The notes: generated by a model from the sequence alone, not told the origin. A DNA stretch of 43,497 bases from Octopus sinensis (GCF_006345805.1 NW_021835097.1:1-43497), one strand, 5' to 3'. Numbered from the stretch's first letter, positions 12,381-25,540 are shown. Translations and numbers: made by a program.

Positions 12381-12607
12381 GGTGTGTGTGTGTGTGTGTT
12401 TGTGTGTGTGTTTGTGTGTGTGTTGTGTGTGTGTGTTTGTGTGTGTGTGTGTTTGTGTGTTTGTGTGTGTGTGTGTTTGTGTGTTGTGTGTGTGTGTGTG
12501 TGTGTGTGTTGTGTGTGTTTGTGTGTTTGTGTGTTTGTGTGTGTGTGTGTTGTGTGTGTGTGTGTGTATGTGTGTGTGTGTGGTGTGTGTTTGTGTGTTT
12601 GTGTGTT

Positions 12608-12672
<65 letters not shown>
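12381..12672. repeat. (GT)n / (GTTT) microsatellite
   Basis: Direct inspection. Confidence 0.95.
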
Positions 12673-12674
<2 letters not shown>

Positions 12675-12785
12675 TTAAAGAGGATTAAGACCATTATTTA
12701 AAATAACGATCATTTCAAGTGGCCAGCATGGAAAAGAACCCTAGAGGTAATAATTATTCTAGATATATAATAATATAATTATAAC

Positions 12786-12921
12786 TATAATTAAGGGTAG
12801 CAAAGAGGTACCACCATGCCAGTAATAACAGTCAAAACCTGACTCATGATGTGGTTTTGGAGTCAAATGTTGACTGGTATTTCTGAGATGGTGGTGGTAC
12901 CTTTTGGTACTCTTAATTATA
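12786..12921. repeat. Imperfect foldback element (second copy at 42415-42615)
   Basis: tataattaagggtagcaaagaggtaccaccat..cagtcaa / ttgactg..ggtggtaccttttggtactcttaattata; the upstream tatttaaaataacgatcat motif is also shared. Confidence 0.7.
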
Positions 12922-12923
12922 AC

Positions 12924-12955
<32 letters not shown>

Positions 12956-13107
12956 ATAATATATATATATATAGTACAAAGTAAGTTAGGGATTATGAGG
13001 GTAACCCATTATGGGATATCAGCTATCCAATATACTGCTGGTGACGTACCCAAATACTAAATACATAAATGCTTATTAAATATATATATATATATATATA
13101 TATATAA

Positions 13108-13420
13108 TTGGCATTCCGTCGCTTACGGCAACGTGGGTTCCAGTTGATCTGATCAACGGAAGTGCTTGCTCATGAAATTAAAGTACATGTGTCTGAGCAA
13201 TCCACAGACACGTGTACCCTTAACGTAGTTCCCAGGGAGATTCAGCGTGACACGGAGTGTGACAAGGCTGGTCCTTACAGGTACTGCTCATGTTTGTCAG
13301 CTGAGTTGTCTGGAGCAATGTGAAATTAAGTGTCTTGTTCAAGACAGAATGGGTTGCCGGTTTTCGAACTCACAACCTTACGATCACAGGTGTATAGCTT
13401 AACCACTCAGCCAAACACCT
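13108..13420 (-). mobile_element. tRNA-derived SINE family C
   Basis: Reverse complement head tggctgagtggttaag..gagttcgaaaacc; body shared with 31590-31860 and 38560-38820. Confidence 0.8.
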
Positions 13421-13946
13421 TCATATACATAGGAACTGATTGGTAAGGATAATGGTTTAAAATGTACCAATGTTCTGTGGATTTTTTTTTTAGTAGTGTC
13501 TGGGGATTTGGATAAGTTTTTAAATGTTGTTGAAGGGGTTACGACAGCTGAGGTTTTCTTGATGCCAACAAATTCTGTTCTGCAGTTTCCAATTTTGTTC
13601 AGCTGACGATCACTGTAGAATTCCATACTAGCTTCGAAAACACTTTTGAAAAAGGCATAGAAGCCTAAATATTAGGGTGTCAGAGAAGCCCCTTCGCGTT
13701 TTTCCATTGTATTTTATTTTAACCACTTCCTATGTTATTGGAATTAACACGAAAAGTAATGTTATCTTAGTGCTTTAAGTTTTTTTTTTGTTCTGATTAT
13801 TCTTCTACAACTTTTGTTTATCAGTTTAAAAATTTGAGTAAATTTTATTTGTTTACAGACATATGATGATGGAGTGCAAGTTAAAAAACAAAAAGAAAAA
13901 AGAAACGAATGGATTTAACTGAAAACCCAATATAGTAATTTAAGCA

Positions 13947-14155
13947 AGGCGGTGAGCTGGCTGAGTGGTTAGCACGCCAGGCAAAATGTTTTAGCGGCAT
14001 TTTGTCCGTCTTTACGTTCTGAATTCAAATTCCACCGAGGTTGACTCTGCTTTTTGAGATCGATTATTAAGTACCAGTGATACACTAGTGTCAATGTAAC
14101 CGACTTGTTCCCTCTCCCAAATTTCAAGGCCTTGTGAATATAGTACAAAGGATAT
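13947..14155 (+). mobile_element. SINE family B, diverged
   Basis: aggcggtgagctggctgag..gaattcaaattccaccgagg..aagtaccag. Confidence 0.85.
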
Positions 14156-14214
14156 TACTTTTTAAGCGCACTGTTTTGATTTTTATTTATATATTTTAAG
14201 AAACTTGTTGAAGA

Positions 14215-14595
14215 ATATCCCTTTCTACTCTCGGCACAAGGCCCGAAATTGTGGGGGAGGGGTCAGTCGATTACATCGGCCTCAGTACGCAACTGGTACT
14301 TAATTTATCGACCCCGAAAAGATGAAAGGCAAAGTCGACCTGAATGGAATTTGAACTCAGAGCGTAAAGTCAGACGAAATATCTATTCTTTACTACCTAC
14401 AAGGGGCTAAACACAGAGAGGACAAACAAGGACAGACAAACGGATTAAGTCGATTATATGGATCCCAGTCGTAACTGGTATTTATTCAATCGACCTCGAA
14501 AGGATGAAAGGCAAAGTCAACCTCGGTGGAATTTGAACTCAGAATGTAGCGGCAGACGAAATACCGCTAAGTATTTTGCCCGGCGTGCTAACGTT
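14215..14595 (-). mobile_element. Two tandem SINE family B copies (about 14215-14380 and 14384-14595)
   Basis: Both contain atgaaaggcaaagtc..gaatttgaactcag..cagacgaaata. Confidence 0.88.
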
Positions 14596-15107
14596 AAATT
14601 GTTGAAGACCATCGATTTACCGTAATGCATCGTGATGCTAAAAGTTTGGAAATCATTGGTTCTGCTTCTGTTGTTGTAGTATTTCACTATCCAGGAGAAT
14701 CCAGAGGTGCCTCAACCTCTACGCATGTCTGCACATCATTAACCAGACATTCCGTTTTTTTTTTATGAAACACGTCTTTGGGAAATTTTCCAATACTATT
14801 ATTTTAAGATTTATAAGTAAATAATTGGCGCACAAAATAATAAATTTGTTAGTTGGTGGACGGTCGCAAAAGCTGCGGGTGGATTATGTTTCAATGAAAA
14901 AATCTAATGACGATACCAATGTGTGTCGGGAGTTTTCACCGTAATGACCAAGTACCCCCCACCCTTTCTTTGACAATTTTCACTTCGTCAATTGAATTAT
15001 AACGAGATCTTTCCCCTTTCACTTTTATGATTGCAGCGTGGAAGGTGTTTATAAGCCATTTAAGAAACACACAAAACCATTAGGTTCACTTCAACATTTA
15101 AATTTAA

Positions 15108-15158
15108 TTTGTCAAAATATTTTCGTCGCTTTGAGACCGCGACCTGTTCACTGACAAA
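15108..15158 (-). ncRNA. Minimal type I hammerhead ribozyme, G3:C8 variant (minus-strand copy)
   Basis: Reverse complement: TTTGTCA-GTGAACA-G-GTCGC ggtctcaaa GCGAC-GAAA-ATAT-TT-TGACAAA; 7-bp stem I. Confidence 0.75.
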
Positions 15159-15164
15159 ATTTCG

Positions 15165-15211
15165 TGTCAGTGAACAGGTCGCGGTCTCAAAGCGACGAAA
15201 ATATTTTGACA
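15165..15211 (+). ncRNA. Minimal type I hammerhead ribozyme, G3:C8 variant (plus-strand copy)
   Basis: TGTCA-GTGAACA-G-GTCGC ggtctcaaa GCGAC-GAAA-ATAT-TT-TGACA; predicted cleavage after 15206. Confidence 0.75.
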
Positions 15212-16767
15212 AATTAAATTTAAATGTTGAAGTGAACCTAATGGTTTTGTGTGTTTCTTAAATGGCTTATAAACACCTTCCACGCTGCAATTGTTTCGTT
15301 CCAGCACACAATCTCAGATCAAGTAACTCGCTATGCAAGTACATCTCCGTAACTTTTATGATTCTTTTTCATTAATCTTTGTAATGAGTTTTCTCCTCAA
15401 CTTGGTCATAATTGCAACTGCTTAAAAAAACCTGTTTTCAACTCCATATATTGTGGCATAACTACATTAAGTCTGGTAGCCTACACTTCAGCTACATTAA
15501 AAATGTTATTACATAACAGTTAAGCTATTCGTTAGTATCAGACTGATGAAGCTACTGGGAACGTATAATGTATTGGCATGATTTATCGAAATATTTCTGC
15601 ATAATATCTTTTTTGTTAACACGTTATATATTTAGAATAACTGAAATCATATAAATATACATTCAAGAAATATATTCATAATTTTTCAAAAAAGAAGAAA
15701 TATAAAGTGAAAAGAAATAACTTAATTCATGGAACAATATGTGACGTCAGTTAGCTGCTGAAAGAAACTAAGTCTTGGAAATTAAAATCAATAAATATAC
15801 TACATGATGCCAAGATACTATATAATTACTTTTACATTGAGTAACAGAAATACTTGAAATGTCTCTCTTTATTTCATTCTGTCTGTATTCATACACAGAT
15901 ATACACATACACACAGAGGATAATATTTATAAATAAAACTCCCAAGATACTCAATGTATACTGTCTCAATGTGGTAATGGAATGTCCAAGTAGAATCGAG
16001 AAAACACAAAAACTGAAATGGCTACACTTTCAGCACACAAGTGTACAAATTATGATTTCGCTATGGGGAAAAATAATGGAGAACAGTTCGAACTTTCAGA
16101 CGGTAAATAATTGTCAAGAAAAGCGGATGCATAAGACAGGAACAACAGTAAAAAAGTTTAAAAAAATTAAATATGCTATATTGATTTCAATGAGATTGGA
16201 TGGTAAAGAACATCTTAGAAATGAATAGAGCAGAAATGGCGAGGTTGGTCGTACGCGGTAGCGCGAGAGCTAAGGGAGGTAATGGAGATAAGTGTAGGAA
16301 GATGAAATGGGGAAACTGGCAAAGCGTGGAAATGCTTATGCGAGTGAATAGAAATCAAATGCGAGGGTAGTTTCTAATGAGATTTTGAGTGGTCGGCAAG
16401 TCAAGTACTTGAATAGGTCGTGTATGAATGCGTGTATATGTGTAAGTGCAGGTCGGAGATATCAATAAGAGTATATGTTAGCGATAGAGGTAATACTAAT
16501 GCCGAGAGGCAGCGTTTAACCCCGCTTAAATGTAGATGATCTGTTTAAAAAGAAACAAAATACTTTAATGTGATAGATACCATGAGAGGAACTCTCATGA
16601 AAGATTTTGGTGCATAATGTACGCTTGTTTATATTGCTAGCGGAGAGATATATCCCTGCTTCCTCCAGTACCGAGATCACCAAATCACGTGGTTTCAACC
16701 CTCCTTGGTCTTGTCAATGAGGGACTCTCGACTGCTAGAAATAGCAGCAACTCCATAAATAATAATG

Positions 16768-16828
<61 letters not shown>

Positions 16829-16837
16829 TGATGATTA

Positions 16838-17337
16838 GAAGTGTTATCATGTACATTGTTTTGTCTTGGTAAAAAAGATGGGCTACAGCAAGTATTCTGC
16901 TCAATAGCAGATATTTACTTGACAGTTGTTTGACCTTAACCAGTTGAGCATGTCCCTTAGTGACTGATGATATGTGCATCTCTGACCACGAGCAGAAGTA
17001 GTGGGGGAGCATCATAGCCATGTGTTGAGAGGGATTCTATGGCGTCTGAACAATTCACCTCTGGAAACATGGGTGATTCGTTCAACATCCTTAAACAACT
17101 CTTATTCAGAGACCTTTTGAGCGGGATGGGCTACTCGACCAGAAGAAAATTCTAACTGGGCCTCACCTGCAAGGTTATGTGCCGTCTATCCTGATATGAG
17201 ATCCCCATGTCGCGCACATATTGTTGTGATGCATGTGCCTAGAGTACCCTTATCACACGGGTAGTCATGATGGGTATACTGGGCTTCGTATATTTTATCC
17301 CAGTGTCAGTTTTATGACATTCACTGCTCTCTCACCC
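16838..17337 (+). mobile_element. Non-LTR retrotransposon 3' UTR-like repeat (family E) between (AAT)n tracts
   Basis: About 500 bp homologous to 36193-36658 (-); both end in ..ctctctcac(c/t)c(AAT)n. Confidence 0.7.
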
Positions 17338-17394
<57 letters not shown>

Positions 17395-17395
<1 letters not shown>

Positions 17396-17589
17396 TAACA
17401 AAAACACCAAGACTTACAAACACACATATAACATACAGAAAATTGCACTACTGGGCACTGCACACATCCTACGCAGAACACTTTCCATACAATAACCATC
17501 AGAGCATCACAACAAATCACAACATATACCTAAGGCACACAGAGCTGCGCTCGGTAGTGAAGTGAAAGCACGATATAAAAATAAAACTA

Positions 17590-17592
<3 letters not shown>
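17395..17592 (+). mobile_element. R4/Dong-clade LINE 3' terminus inserted in (AAT)n
   Basis: Manual translation YNIQKIALLGTAHILRRTLSIQ* (stop 17493-17495) matches the QK.aLLGTAHILR C-terminus of R4/Dong restriction-like endonuclease LINEs; short 3' UTR then (AAT)n. Confidence 0.75.
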
Positions 17593-17641
<49 letters not shown>

Positions 17642-18035
17642 TAATAATAATAATAATACCTATCGATAAATAACGGTGTAAAACGTGGGTGGTGTGAACA
17701 CTTCCGGCGCTATGTTGCGAGGGCATTGTGGGCACAGACCCACACAATCTAATGCTGTAGAATTGGTATGAACTGAACACGAAGTTATGGGGTAGGATTT
17801 CTTTAGTGGAATTTTGTGAATTATTGGGCGTGATACAGTGCAATGTGTGTAATGTTAATGGGTGATAATAGTGTGTGCGTGTGGGTGTTCAACAGTTGTT
17901 GTTCGGCGATTCAAAGCAACTTATTTCTGACTCTTATTCTGTATATTTTCGGACGCAAACCACTCGTCAGTAACGTATCGGTTTTTACAGTGCTGCAAAC
18001 GGAAAGAATTCGGCCAAAAGCGTGGAAATGACTTT

Positions 18036-18453
18036 CTCTTTTACTCTTTGACTTGTTTCAGTCGTTTGACTGTGGCCATGCTGGAGCACCGCCTTTAGTC
18101 GAGCAAATCGACCCTCAGCACTTATTCTTTGTAAGCCTGGTACTTATTCTATCGGTTCTATTGCCGAACCACTAAGTTACGGGGACATAAACACACCGTC
18201 ATCGGTTGTCAAGCGATGTTGGTGGGGGACAAACACATACACACAAACACGCAAACACACACAAACATATACACACACATACATATATACATATATACGA
18301 CGGGCTTCTTTCAGTTACTGTCTACCAAATTTACTCACAAGGCTTTGGTCGGCCCGAGGCTATAGTTGAAGACACTTGCCCAAGGTGCCACGCAGTGGGA
18401 CTGAACCCGGAACCAAGTGGCTGATAAGCAAGCTACTTACCACACAGCCACTC
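18036..18453 (-). mobile_element. SINE family A, near full length
   Basis: Reverse complement of the 21555 and 40099 copies, with an internal (CA)/(TA) tract. Confidence 0.93.
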
Positions 18454-19142
18454 TAACAAAAAAAGACAAAAAGAAAAAAACCAGCTGAGTAATCTGAAGT
18501 TGGTATGTCCGATATCCGATAAATGTTTTTTTTAATTGACCAACGAGCGGCCGAATTGTTTCTTCACGATTTTCCTTTGCACATACACGTGCATATTTAC
18601 AAGCACAATCTACAAATACACTTGATTTCCAGCTTGCTACCACATAGATATTTACTAACACACCTTTGTACTCTCCTAGAAATACCGAATAATATGTCGC
18701 TTATCTGCTTTTCTTCTTGGGTTCCAAACTATAAACAACCGCGTCACCTATTATTATTTTATGTACACAAGTTTTGTATTTCGTTAAGCTTCATCGGTGG
18801 CTTTAGCACATTTTGCTTTCAGTTAGCATTTCCTTTTTCTTCCCTTCTTCTCCGTACCCTTCTTCAAAGATCCTTCAGCCAAAATCCTGACCCTTTCTCC
18901 TTTCATACCTTCAAAATCCTATTCACTCCGTACGCTTTCTCACTTTTCTTGTTTTCAATTTTGTCTTGCTTTTTAGTGAATCTTTTTCACTACTATAATA
19001 TCATACTCTCCCTTACTGCGCATGCAAGTGTCTCTCCCTCTTTCTCTGTCTGTCTGTCTCTCTCTCTCTCTTTCACGTATATTCAACTTATCCCACACAT
19101 ATATAGATAGGGAGAGAAAGATAGGTTTAGATATATAAAGAA

Positions 19143-19410
19143 TATGTATGTATGTATGTATGTATGGATGGATGGATGGATGGACGAATGGATGGATGGA
19201 TGCATGCATGTATGTATACCTGCATACGTATCTATGTATGCATGCACTCATGCATGCTTGTACGTATGCGTGTATGTATTTATGTGTGCTTGCAGACTTG
19301 TGTGTGTATATATATTTATATATACATGCATGTATGTATGTATGTATGTATGTATGTATGTATGTATGTATGTATGTATGTATGTATGTATGTATTTATG
19401 TATGTATGTA
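19143..19410. repeat. (TATG)n/(GATG)n microsatellite
   Basis: Direct inspection. Confidence 0.92.
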
Positions 19411-21554
19411 TTCTTGTTGTGTGATTGCAATAGGTGTGCAGGTGTGTGTATGTATATGTATATGGGCGTAAATTAGGTTGTAAACAACAAAAGGAGTGTT
19501 TCCATAGAGATCCGTTGCAACGTTTGTGGTTGAAAAATATTAAAACCGCTCCTACAAAATCCTAAATTTAGTAACTGACAAACGAACAACACCAAAAACA
19601 ATCTCGCCTGGGAGAAGAATTTCTTTCTCAGGTGCAAATAGATAAACACTGCATAAATATCATTGGACAAATACAGTTGCATAGTCGCGAGAGAGCGCAT
19701 ACACCATCACAATCACGCATACATAAGTACATACGTACATTTATCTACCTGAACAAACGAAAGGGTAAGTTGTCCTTCTGTATGAAGAATTAACAGTAAA
19801 GTCGGTGCTAATATACTTTGTGCGAGAATTTGTTATAGGTTCATTAACCAGAGATAAATTTATAATAAAGAGTTAATTGATTAGCTTAATGAATATATGT
19901 CATCAAGGATGACCGGAAAAATAAATACTGTACTTAAAGCACTTAGACTTAAATCAGAAAAATGAATGGCGTCAAGCAGTAGAATGTGTGTTCCTTCTTT
20001 GGTTGAATACGGTGACAAATTATTAGCGCTTAGTGTAGAAACGTTGTACCTGTGATTGCTGGAACCAAGGTGACTGAAAACTATAAACGTATTGGGTAAA
20101 TGAACATTGACAGGCTTGATGAATTAATGAACGGCTTGTACGGGTGCCGGTGGTGATGCTGGTGCTGGTGGTTGATAGTGGTGTTGATGGGGGTGGTCAT
20201 GCTGAATGTGATGGTAATGGTGGTGGTGGTGGTGGTGGTGATGGTGGTGGTGCGAAATGGTCAAGTGGTGAGCTCTGCATGATAATGAAATTGTTAAGTG
20301 CGAATGTAATTAATTTAGTGATTTATTGGCCCGAGTCATCACGCTTATCGTGTGTTTAGTTCTAGGTTTTTATATCCCTCACTTAGTGATCTCTGGCCTA
20401 GCAGCCATTGTAATACACTTCTTCGCTGATGAGGTGTAACATTATCAGGATATATCTGAACTTGTCTCCGTTTTTGCTTGCAATTCGATGTGTCTGTCAT
20501 ATAGGACCTAATAAGATGTTCCTAACTGGTTTATTAAAACCTATTATCCATTGTTGTTGCTGCACACTTTCATACTTATTGACCAGTACTTCTTCCTTAT
20601 TAACAAATCAGCAAATAGTTTCATAAACCTTGGGCATACATCATTTTAGACGAGTAGTAATTAAACTCTTCTGTTGAATATGCTCGATCGATATGTTGGA
20701 TAATATGTGATCCATCTCTGCTATTATTGTTCAGCGAAGGCTCGGCATTACTATTTATTGCTATTGCGCTGAACAACAGACATTATCAGACCTCATCAAA
20801 CATATTTTCAAGATTTCCACACTCAAATACACGATGAAAGCCGCTCATTTACATTGATGTTATGGGCACAGACACACAACATGAGATTTAGGCTCGGCAA
20901 AAGCTAATAAGAGACAGAGATTCCTAGTGTGGCATTGTGAAACGCAACTTGGCTGTGACCACTTAAATTACATCAGGCCTTAACAGATATTATAGTTTAG
21001 AGACTTCCGTTCTCTAATCGACGGCGTATTTGCGATTGCAACCGTCTCAATACGTTACAAAAGATAATCGATGCGGAGGCAATTCGTTGGGTCACGCGTC
21101 CGATTGTTTCCTTTTTTATTTATAGGACATTATTGTTATTTTCCCAATTAGAAGCAATTTAGATACTTGTCTGGATTGATTGAAAGGTTGTTGAACGTCA
21201 ATGCTGCTTCACGGTGCATGTCAAGCGATGGATGCAGCATAGTCGATAGTTAAGAAGTTCACTTCGCAGTCATGAGTTCGATCTCATTACGTGGCATGTC
21301 CGATAAGTGTTCTTTATAATTTCCTAGGGTCAGCTACATATTTTATCGGGATCGGTAAAATAAGTACCAGTCTAGCAATTCCCGGAATTTTTGGCCCCGT
21401 GTCAAAATTTGGAACCAGTTTTATTACTGTTGGAATCATAGTCAGTATCTGACAAAATAATTTACAGTATTCATTTCCGGTCATTTAATTTCTGGGTTCT
21501 AATCCTGCTAAGAAACTGTTTAATGTGTGGAAGACCTTAGTATAGATCGTAACA

Positions 21555-21943
21555 GGCGTAGGAGTGGCTGTGTGGTAAGTAGCTTGCTTACGAACCACAT
21601 GGTTCTGGGTTCAGTCCCAATGTGTGGCACCTTGGGCAAAAGTCTTCTACTATAGCCTGGGACCGACCAAAGCCTTGTGAATGGATTTGGTAGACGGAAA
21701 CTGAAAGAAGCCCGTCGTATATATATGTATGTGTGTGTATATATGTTTGTCCACCTAGTATTACTTGACAACTGATGCTGGTGTGTTTACGTCCCCGTAA
21801 CTTAGCGGTTCGACAAAAGAAACCGATAGAATAAGTACTAGGCTAACAAAGAATAAGTCCTGGGGTCGATTTGCTCGACTACAAGGCGTTGCTCCAGAAT
21901 GGCCACAATAAAATGACTGAAACAAGTAAAAGAGTGAAAGAGT
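21555..21943 (+). mobile_element. SINE family A, full length
   Basis: ggcgtaggagtggctgtgtggtaag (A box), gggttcagtccc (B box), ccttgggcaa CORE-like segment, aacaagtaaaagag tail. Confidence 0.95.
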
Positions 21944-22394
21944 CATTCAAAAGTACAGCATTGTCACACTTTGTATTACGTTGATTGCACTCGAAGATTA
22001 CCTTAAGGTTACGCGTGTTTTTGGAAAGTTCAACCAGGTAACCGATAATTTAAGCAACTGAAAACTCACTGCCACGACCAATTGAAATCTATTTATCTAT
22101 TTTAGATCAACTGAAAACCGATGGTGATCGGGCTATTATCAATACCAGTTATTTTATTTTATCCTTCAGATCAGGTTCTGAAAATGAACAGAGCTAGTCC
22201 CCAAAATACCAATCTTTATTGGTTCCTCAATTCCTATTTTTGAGGAATAATTTCTAATATGCTATTATTTTGTTTGTACTCAGATTATGTCTGCTCAAAT
22301 GGGTTTTCGAATTGTTTCTAATATATAGTTAGGGAGTATCAATTTTCTCTATTGATCTTCTTAAATCATCATTGTTAATCCTTCCAAGGAATGA

Positions 22395-22570
22395 AATTTT
22401 TGGGAAAAGGGCTAGTCGATTACATTGCCGCCAGTGCTGAACTTGTACTTAATTCAAGCCCGAGGGGATCAAAGGCAATGTTGATCTCGCTGGAATTTGA
22501 ACTCAGAACGTAAAGACAGATGAAATACCGTAAGCATTTTGTTTGGCGTGCTAACGAATCTGCCGTTTTG
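22395..22570 (-). mobile_element. SINE family B, diverged
   Basis: tagtcgattacat..aaaggcaa..ggaatttgaactcagaacgtaaag..ggcgtgctaacgaatctgcc. Confidence 0.8.
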
Positions 22571-23607
22571 TCGCATGAACAAACTTACAAACCAATCTCA
22601 ATGTTTACCTCGCAGATATGTTAATTTCTTTCTTTTACTTTTTCTACCGAATCTACATTGGCCTCTGTTCACCGAGATGACTCTCAAATGACACGTCTCT
22701 CCTAGAATATGTTTCTCCTCTAATAACACGTCTCTCGAATAACACTTCTCTCCTTTTTCGCTGTACACGATGTGCCCATTCCATGGTAATCACCTTTAGT
22801 CTCTGTATCCAAAGTACACAACCATATCTACAGTCACAGGTCTCCGGAATTCTTTGTATATATGCAGTCACAAAATAGCAACTATATAAGCAAAATGAAT
22901 ACCTGAACAGCTATGTATCAGAAGTCTCAGAAGCTACAACGTAGAAAATTATGGGTTCAACGTTTCCTAATGAAATATGAGAAAATAATTGTGGATGTTT
23001 TCTTACTTGTCTGATCCCAGCGAACGTTATCTCCGGGAAGTCAACTTTGACTGTAATCCTTCCGAGGTCAAGAAAAGTAGTATAACGTCGATGTGAATGA
23101 TTGGTGGAATAGTAACAGGACCGGGTGAGATCTCTTCTGGGATCTATTCCAGCTGACTGTAACGCATACGATGACGTTAGTGCCAATCTGTATCGGCCCA
23201 ATCTGTATCGCCCTTTCCTTTTGATAAATTGGCACGAATAGGAAAGACTTGCATGCATTGTAACAGGTATGTTCTCTCTAAAAATCTAGTTAAGGCCTGT
23301 GCATACATATGCAGATGTACGGCCAGCTTTGAGCGATGGAGACTATGGCGAAATTTGTTAGTTAGTTAAGTTAAGTTAGTTAATTTTTTGCTCAAAAAGC
23401 AAAAGGCAAGGCCATGTAGAGGGACATGGAGTTATGTACAGGTTGGTGTTCATGTAAAGAGTTCAGGCCACTCGCGGTCAAGGGAAATTGTATAATATTC
23501 GTCCAGAGGAAAGAGCTATACATAGAAACAGAAAAAACGCCCGCCCATATTTTCTGCTGAGTACACTTGTACCTGTTTAGAGATACGATCGGAAACATAA
23601 AATCGTA

Positions 23608-23649
<42 letters not shown>

Positions 23650-23692
23650 ATGTGTGTGTGTGTGTTTATGTGTGTGTGTGTATATATATACG

Positions 23693-23726
<34 letters not shown>

Positions 23727-23763
23727 TATACATTCACAGGTATATACATACATATATATGTAT

Positions 23764-23809
<46 letters not shown>

Positions 23810-24420
23810 ATATATAGATAGTTAGATAGATCGATAGATAGATAGATAGAGAGATCGATAGATAGATATCAAAATCCATATACATGAGGAGGCACATTCA
23901 CCAATGGAATAAATGCGTAATACCATCAGGTATCATCAATTACTGGAACCAATCACAGTGAATGGTGGTATGTAGATCGTAGCGATGAAATACATACAAA
24001 TATCGATATTCTTCAATAATCATGGAATGTAGACAAAAAAATCGATCGCTCTCACCTCCTCTATTGGAAAATACATTATAAGGTTGATATTGTTGTTGTT
24101 GTCTTTCTTGTTGTGTGTAATATTATTTTTGTCGGAATCATGGGCAGTCTCTGGCAAAATAATTTACAGTATATATTTCTGGCTATTTAGGTTCCGGGTT
24201 CTAATCTTGCTAAGAGCATCTTTGTTTTTATCAATTTTGAGTCAATAAAATATATTACTAAAGCTACGAAATCAATATAATCAAGCAAAATTTGCTCCCA
24301 ACTTTCTGCATTTATACCTGTGTTAAAAACGGTTGTTGCTTTGCTTTCGAACAATTTCAAGGAAGCTTCAAATAAGGTGTAAATGAATTCTTCGAGATTC
24401 CGTTATTTGTCGAGCATTTA

Positions 24421-24635
24421 AGGCGGCGAGCTGGCAGAATCGTTAGCAGGTCGGGCAAAATGCTTAGCGATATTTCGCCTGTCTGTACGATCTGACTTCA
24501 AATTCCGCCGAGGTCAACTTTATGGTTCATCGTCTCGAGAACGATAAAGTACCAGTCTAACACTGACGTCGATGTAATCGACTCACCCACTTCTCTTGAA
24601 ATTGCCGGCCTTGTGCTAGAAATTTGAAACCGATA
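24421..24635 (+). mobile_element. SINE family B
   Basis: aggcggcgagctggcagaatcgttagca..ttcaaattccgccgaggtc..aagtaccag..gatgtaatcgact. Confidence 0.88.
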
Positions 24636-25263
24636 CTTATACATTGTATTCTTTTCGTGATGGTGTAGGAATGTATTTCTACACTGCATCACTTTTGCTT
24701 TGCTTTGTGCTTCGTTGTTTCTCTTCTATCTTCTATATAAAATGTGTGCCATGTGATTTGTATTATTTGTAAGATAGCGAGTGTACTTGGTACATGATGT
24801 GCGTGGAAGGAATTACGTGATCGTGGTCATTCTATAATATATTTGCTGTGTGTCGTCCCTGGAGGTACTCTAATTTTAGATTTGTTCGATTCGTCTTTCG
24901 ATTTGAATTCATTAAACGCTGGCCAATCAGAAATTGCGTTTTGCTTGCGAAGTCAAATGCCCAAATCTCATCTATTTCCTTTTGTTAAAGCCAGCTGAAG
25001 AACGGAGTCGGAAGATTGCTTGCAAACATGACCTGTCCATACGATAAATACGTATTTTTTTACAGATATATTTTGTGCGATTTGAACCTGTATGTATCTG
25101 TGTTTGTATATGTGTATGGGTATAAGCATATACATACATATATATATATATATGTACGTATAAACAGACATACATTTATACATACGTGCACACACTCGAA
25201 AACACAGGCACACACACATACGCACACACACACACACACACACACAACACACACACACACACA

Positions 25264-25294
<31 letters not shown>

Positions 25295-25540
25295 CACACA
25301 CACCACATATATATATATATGCCTATTTTATCGAATTCAGAAGGAACTTAACAGACTTATGGATTTTTCAACAATCTGAATATGCCATGAGGTTTCCAGA
25401 CATGAATTCTACTCACGTGTCAAGTTTCATCAAAATCGATAAAACAATGTAAGAGGAGTTAGCTAACAACGCCACAAACACACCCAACCCCTATCTTACT
25501 TTGTGTGTGTGTGTGTATATAGATATATATATATATATAT

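Larger units (their letters stand above)
15031..15351 (+). mobile_element. Young non-coding foldback insertion, probably PLE pLTR-derived, with TSD
   Basis: Perfect 127-bp inverted arms at 15030-15156 and 15165-15291 with an 8-nt spacer aaatttcg and a 60-nt unique tail; direct repeat acttttatga(tt) at 15021-15032 and 15352-15363. Confidence 0.85.

Noticed and set aside
15539-15599. CAGA-CTGATGA..GAAA-TA-TT-TCTG canonical hammerhead core
   Set aside because: Stem II does not close next to GAAA (about 10 unpaired nt). Possibly a decayed HHR, but too weak to call.
16963-17000. CTGATGA in family E repeat
   Set aside because: No stem II/GAAA partner found; the second copy reads CTGACGA and also lacks the scaffold.
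21555-21630. tRNA gene (A/B boxes)
   Set aside because: tRNA-derived SINE head that continues into a SINE body; no full cloverleaf or poly-T terminator.
22560-23560. Possible LINE/LTR remnants, including a (TAAC)-like tail near 23360
   Set aside because: No recognisable RT, endonuclease or terminal motifs; left unannotated.
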